Of a DNA stretch of 64,000 nucleotides, positions 59,416-64,000 are shown in pieces. Origin of the DNA: Pseudomonadota bacterium (GTDB lineage Bacteria > Pseudomonadota > Alphaproteobacteria > Rhizobiales > Xanthobacteraceae); NCBI GenBank assembly GCA_041691515.1, contig JBEPUM010000002.1, positions 628 to 64,627 on the forward strand, in the 5' to 3' direction. The notes beneath the pieces were generated by a model, which searched no databases, was not told the DNA's origin, and worked only from the letters and a program-made list of their open reading frames with translations. How positions within the stretch are numbered: the stretch's first letter is position 1; the number at the start of each line of letters is the position of its first letter. A program made the translations under genes and the position numbers.

Positions 59416-60462
59416 ATGTCCGTCAACAACAAGCGCGTCTTCTATGTCAAATACCTGGCGAACCCAATCTACGCCGAAATCCTGCAGGCACGTCCCGACG
59501 TACGGCTTGATCGGCTCGAGATCGACAGTCCTGACGATGTTGTGACGCCAATCCTTTCCGCCGCGCACGCGTATCAAATCGGCGCGGCCCGCGACGAGAT
59601 GGAAAGATTCCAGGTCGATCGCGATTTCCTCAAGCGAGCGCCGAACCTCCTGATCGTCTCCAGCAACGGCGCGGGTTTTGACACGGTCGACGCCGATGCC
59701 TGCACCGAAGCGGGCGTGATCGTCGTCAACCAGTCCGGCGGCAATGCGCATTCGGTTGCCGAGCATGCGCTAGGCATGATGCTGACGCTGTCGAAGCGGA
59801 TCATCCAGTCGGATCGTCTGCTCCGGCGCAATCCGAACGTGGACCGCAATACGCTGATCGGTAATGAAATCCACGGCAAGACGATTGGTATCATCGGCAT
59901 CGGCAATGTCGGCCGCCGCCTGGCGGAGCTCTGCAAGGGCTTGTTTGGCATGACCGTGCTCGCCTACGATCCCTATGTTTCGGCGGAGGAGACCGCCGCG
60001 CGCGGGGCGAAAAAGGTCGAACTCGACGAACTGCTTCGGCAGTCCGATTTCGTATCAATCAATTGCCCGCTCACCAAAACCAATCGCGGCATGATCGGCG
60101 CGCGTGAATATGCGCTGATGAAGCCGAGCGCCTATTTCGTCACGACGGCGAGGGGCTTTATCCACGACGAGGCTGCGCTGCTCGATGCGCTGCGGGCAAA
60201 GCAGATTGCCGGTGCAGGACTCGATGTCTGGTCCAAGGAACCACCGCCGCCGGAACATCCATTGCTGCAGCTCGACAATGTGCTGGCCAGCCCGCACACG
60301 GCAGGGGTGACCATCGAAGCCCGCACCAATATGGGCCGCATCGCGGCCGAACAGATGCTCGACGCACTTGACGGCAAGCGGCCGCCCCGTCTCATCAATC
60401 CCGAGGTCTGGCCAGCTTATGCCAAACGGTTCGAGAAGATTTTCGGCTTCGCGCCCAAGTAG
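59416..60462 (+). CDS. D-isomer-specific 2-hydroxyacid dehydrogenase
   Basis: GIIGIGNVG, TARG, GLDVWSKEP, SPHTAG. Confidence 0.9.
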   Translation: MSVNNKRVFYVKYLANPIYAEILQARPDVRLDRLEIDSPDDVVTPILSAAHAYQIGAARDEMERFQVDRDFLKRAPNLLIVSSNGAGFDTVDADACTEAGVIVVNQSGGNAHSVAEHALGMMLTLSKRIIQSDRLLRRNPNVDRNTLIGNEIHGKTIGIIGIGNVGRRLAELCKGLFGMTVLAYDPYVSAEETAARGAKKVELDELLRQSDFVSINCPLTKTNRGMIGAREYALMKPSAYFVTTARGFIHDEAALLDALRAKQIAGAGLDVWSKEPPPPEHPLLQLDNVLASPHTAGVTIEARTNMGRIAAEQMLDALDGKRPPRLINPEVWPAYAKRFEKIFGFAPK

Positions 60463-60560
60463 CTGATCAAGTAATCGATCCGGATTGATTGATCGGGCAA
60501 TCTGAATTTAGATAACGGAGGCCGCTCGCCATGATGCGTGACGGCCGCGGAAGGATGTGC

Positions 60561-62297
60561 ATGGTGACCAGGAAAACTGCAGACTCTCTGCGCAGTGCGC
60601 GCTGGTTCGCGCCCGACGATCTCCGGGCTTTCGGCCATCGCTCCCGCGCCATGCAGATGGGTTACGCTCCCGAGGAATGGGTTGGCCGCCCGGTGATCGC
60701 GATCCTCAATACGTGGTCGGATGCGCAGCCCTGTCACATGCATTTCAAGTCGCGCATCGACGACGTCAAACGCGGCGTGTTGCAGGCCGGCGGCTTCCCG
60801 ATCGAATTGCCCGCGCTGTCGCTGTCAGAATCGCTCCTGAAGCCCACAACGATGCTGTATCGCAATCTGCTGGCGATGGATGCCGAGGAATTGCTGCGCG
60901 GCCATCCTGTGGACGGCGTGGTGCTGATGGGCGGTTGCGACAAGACCACGCCCGCGCTGCTGCTGGGTGCAACCAGCATGAACCTGCCGACAATCTATCT
61001 GCCGGCAGGGCCGATGCTGCGCGGCAACTGGAAGGGAAAGACCCTCGGCTCGGGCTCAGATGCCTGGAAATACTGGGACGAGCGGCGTGCGGGGAAGATT
61101 TCCGACAAGGACTGGGTCGACGTCGAGGCCGGCATCGCACGCAGCTACGGCACCTGCATGACCATGGGCACCGCTTCGACCATGACGGCCATCGCGGAGT
61201 CGATCGGCATGTCATTGCCGGGCGCATCGTCCATTCCGGCGGCGGATGCCAACCACATTCGCATGAGCTCGGAATGCGGCCGCCGTGTCGTCGAGATGGT
61301 ATGGGAAGATCTGACGCCGAAGAAAATACAGAGCCGCAAGGCCTTTGAGAATGCGATCACCGTCGCCATGGCGATGGGTTGCTCGACCAACGCCATTATC
61401 CATTTGATTGCACAGGCGCGCAGGGCAGGGCAGGACATCGGACTTGACGATTTCGAGAAGGCTAGCCGCAAGGTGCCGGTCATTGCCAATGTACGACCGA
61501 GCGGCGACACCTACCTGATGGAGGATTTCTTCTACGCGGGCGGACTGCCGGGCCTGATGATGCGGATCAAGGATCATCTGCACCTCGATGCGATGACGGT
61601 GACCGGTAAGACGCTGGGTGAGAACATCGCTCGCGCCGAAGTCTACAACGACGATGTCATTCGCACGGTTCAAAATCCGATTTATGCTGAGGGCGCGCTC
61701 GCGGTGCTGAAAGGCAACCTTGCGCCTGACGGCTGCGTCATCAAGCCGAGCGCATGCGAACCGCGATTCCTGAAGCACACGGGTCCGGCGCTGGTGTTCG
61801 ACGATTACCCGTCGATGAAGAAGGCGGTTGACGACCTCGATCTTGATGTCACCGCCGACCACGTGCTGATCTTGCGCAACGCCGGGCCGCAGGGCGGACC
61901 GGGCATGCCGGAATGGGGCATGCTGCCGATCCCGACGAAGCTGGTGAAGCAGGGTGTGCGGGATATGGTGCGGTTGTCCGATGCCCGCATGAGCGGCACC
62001 AGCTATGGCGCATGCATCCTGCATGTTTCGCCGGAATCTTATATCGGCGGCCCGCTGGCGCTGGTCAGGAACGGTGACATGATTTCGCTCGATGTTGCCG
62101 CACGCACCATCAACCTCGACGTTCCCGGGGCCGAGCTTGCGAAACGGCGCGCGGCCTGGAAGACGCCGGAACCACGCTATGAACGCGGCTATGGTTGGAT
62201 GTTCACGCGCCATATTCGCCAGGCCAACGAGGGCTGCGATTTCGATTTTCTGGAAACGGGCTTTGGCGCGCCGGTCAAGGAACCGGCGATCTATTGA
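60561..62297 (+). CDS. IlvD/Edd-family sugar-acid dehydratase (L-arabinonate dehydratase-like)
   Basis: GGCDKTTP, CMTMGTAS, GCSTN, GPGMPEWG, SDARMSGT. Confidence 0.9.
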   Translation: MVTRKTADSLRSARWFAPDDLRAFGHRSRAMQMGYAPEEWVGRPVIAILNTWSDAQPCHMHFKSRIDDVKRGVLQAGGFPIELPALSLSESLLKPTTMLYRNLLAMDAEELLRGHPVDGVVLMGGCDKTTPALLLGATSMNLPTIYLPAGPMLRGNWKGKTLGSGSDAWKYWDERRAGKISDKDWVDVEAGIARSYGTCMTMGTASTMTAIAESIGMSLPGASSIPAADANHIRMSSECGRRVVEMVWEDLTPKKIQSRKAFENAITVAMAMGCSTNAIIHLIAQARRAGQDIGLDDFEKASRKVPVIANVRPSGDTYLMEDFFYAGGLPGLMMRIKDHLHLDAMTVTGKTLGENIARAEVYNDDVIRTVQNPIYAEGALAVLKGNLAPDGCVIKPSACEPRFLKHTGPALVFDDYPSMKKAVDDLDLDVTADHVLILRNAGPQGGPGMPEWGMLPIPTKLVKQGVRDMVRLSDARMSGTSYGACILHVSPESYIGGPLALVRNGDMISLDVAARTINLDVPGAELAKRRAAWKTPEPRYERGYGWMFTRHIRQANEGCDFDFLETGFGAPVKEPAIY

Positions 62298-62316
62298 TCC
62301 GACAAGCAGAGGCATC

Positions 62317-63033
62317 ATGGCTCTGAGTGATCAGACGCGTACAAAATTCAGTGCAGTAAGCACGGCCACCGTTGCGACGGCGCTCTACAAGCGCGGCTTC
62401 CGCATCCAGTCGATCCAGGATGTGCACCCGCTTGGCCCCGATCAGCCTGTTCTCGTCGGCGAAGCTTTTACGCTGCGCTATATGCCGGCGCGGGAAGACC
62501 TCAACCCCGTCTCCGTGTTTCGTGACCGCGCCCATCCGCAGCGCAAGGCCGTGGAGGAGTGCCCGCCGGGCGCCGTGCTAGTGATGGACAGCCGCAAAGA
62601 TGCGCGTGCCGCCTCCGCCGGCTCCATTCTGGTGACGCGGCTGATGAAGCGTGGGGTGGCGGGTGTGGTCACGGACGGCGGATTTCGCGATGCCGCGGAG
62701 ATCGCAAAGCTCGGCTTTCCTGCCTTCCATCACCGTCCGAGTGCGCCCACCAATCTGACGCTGCATCAGGCCATCGAGATCAACGTCCCGATCGGCTGCG
62801 GAGATGCCCCGGTGTTCCCCGGCGACATCATCCTGGGCGATCAGGACGGTGTTATCGTCATCCCCGCGCATCTGGCCGACGAAATCGCCGACGAGGCGAC
62901 GGAAATGACAGCTTTCGAAGATTTTGTCACGGAGCAGGTCAACAAGGGGCGTTCGATCCTCGGCCTGTATCCAGCAACGGACGAGCAGACACTGGTTGAT
63001 TTCGAGGCATGGCGAAAGGCCAACAAGCGCTAG
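62317..63033 (+). CDS. RraA/HMG-aldolase family protein
   Basis: VGEAFTLRY, VTDGGFRD, PGDIILGDQDGVIVIP. Confidence 0.88.
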   Translation: MALSDQTRTKFSAVSTATVATALYKRGFRIQSIQDVHPLGPDQPVLVGEAFTLRYMPAREDLNPVSVFRDRAHPQRKAVEECPPGAVLVMDSRKDARAASAGSILVTRLMKRGVAGVVTDGGFRDAAEIAKLGFPAFHHRPSAPTNLTLHQAIEINVPIGCGDAPVFPGDIILGDQDGVIVIPAHLADEIADEATEMTAFEDFVTEQVNKGRSILGLYPATDEQTLVDFEAWRKANKR

Positions 63034-63114
63034 CTTTGAAGCATCGCTGCATTGCTTGCATGTGGCCACAATATGCCGTTCTCAGCCCTTCTATTTGGTG
63101 ATATCCCTCGATCC

Positions 63115-64000
63115 ATGAACCAGCGCGCCAAGATCGATATCCGCCATTCGACATGCCCTCACGATTGTCCGTCTGCCTGTGCGCTGGATATCGAAGTGAT
63201 CGACGGCTCGACGATCGGCCGGGTGCGCGGTTCCAAAATCCAGACCTACACAGCCGGTGTCGTCTGCGCCAAAGTGGCGCGTTACGCCGAGCGCATCCAT
63301 CATCCGGACCGCGTGATCTACCCGCTGCGCCGTAACGGGCCGAAGGGCTCCGGACAGTTCACCCGCATTTCGTGGGATGAGGCGCTGGACGAGATTGCTG
63401 CGCGGTTCGATCAGGCCGAGCGGGACTTTGGAGCAGAGTCGGTCTGGCCTTACTACTACGCCGGGACCATGGGCATCGTGATGCGCGACGGCATCAACCG
63501 TCTCGCCCACGTGAAAAAATATTCGCGCTTCTACAGCACGATCTGCGCGAACGTCGCCCGCGTCGGTTTTGTCGCCGGGACGGGCCGTATCGCCGGCGTC
63601 GATCCGCGCGAGATGGGCGTGTCCGATCTCATCGTGATCTGGGGCACCAATCCAGTCTCCACCCAGGTCAACGTGATGACGCATGCCTCGCGCGCCCGCA
63701 AGGAGCGCGGAGCAAAGATTGCGGCGGTCGATGTCTACAATAACGAAACGATGAAGCAGGCGGACATCAAGATCATCCTGCGGCCCGGCACCGACGGCGC
63801 GTTCGCCTGCGGCGTCATGCACGTGCTTTTTCGTGAAGGCTTTGCCGATCGCGCCTATATGGACAAGTATACCGACTGCCCCGATGAGCTTGAAGCGCAT
63901 CTTGCGGCGCGGACGCCGGAATGGGCATCGGCAATCTCAGGCGTATCCGTCGAAGACATCGAGGCGTTCGCGCGTCTGATTGGGCAGACCAAAAAATCAT
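63115..64000 (+). CDS. Molybdopterin oxidoreductase (DMSO reductase superfamily), 3'-truncated by window
   Basis: MNQRAKIDIRHSTCPHDCPSAC...CAK 4Fe-4S motif, ISWDEALD, IWGTNP, RPGTDGA; absent from ORF track because no stop falls in the window. Confidence 0.9.
   Translation, partial: MNQRAKIDIRHSTCPHDCPSACALDIEVIDGSTIGRVRGSKIQTYTAGVVCAKVARYAERIHHPDRVIYPLRRNGPKGSGQFTRISWDEALDEIAARFDQAERDFGAESVWPYYYAGTMGIVMRDGINRLAHVKKYSRFYSTICANVARVGFVAGTGRIAGVDPREMGVSDLIVIWGTNPVSTQVNVMTHASRARKERGAKIAAVDVYNNETMKQADIKIILRPGTDGAFACGVMHVLFREGFADRAYMDKYTDCPDELEAHLAARTPEWASAISGVSVEDIEAFARLIGQTKKS

Noticed and set aside
63091-63900. 269-aa minus-strand ORF
   Set aside because: Shadow of the plus-strand molybdopterin oxidoreductase that runs off the window.

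Overview
High-GC alphaproteobacterial chromosome segment; gene content and sequences resemble Bradyrhizobiaceae/Nitrobacteraceae. Bases 1-22254 hold an RcGTA-type gene transfer agent head-tail cluster: small and large terminase, portal, prohead protease, HK97 capsid, connector, tail completion, tail tube, chaperones, short tape measure, DUF2460, DUF2163, NlpC/P60, megatron and DUF2793 fibre, then a contiguous M15-endolysin/holin lysis cassette. No integrase or replication genes are in the window. The most notable feature is a pair of toxin-immunity-like cassettes flanking the capsid gene (4607-5279 and 7266-8731). Their upstream proteins share a conserved leader (RWxRPDAxRWIRPDAAxFxKPG ... K-YSPxQPRVPAGxGRxSGxWT ... 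QLxG) but have unrelated, AT-richer C-termini (a Cys-rich mini-domain and an HNH/AHH-like nuclease), and each is coupled to a small putative immunity gene. This is a candidate GTA-capsid-delivered polymorphic toxin system. The rest is host housekeeping: feuPQ-lipoprotein-cycHJKL(ccmIEFH), degP, a two-component pair, glnE, pleC, a CDF transporter, an oxalate catabolism regulon (2x oxlT, frc, oxc, GntR, NDP-forming acyl-CoA ligase) with six copies of a 17-bp operator, an unannotated 45-aa ORF and a suhB/MmgR-like sRNA, and a ComDE/TctC/lactonase/dehydratase/aldolase catabolic cluster. All family assignments come from motif recognition and recalled synteny; no database search was run.
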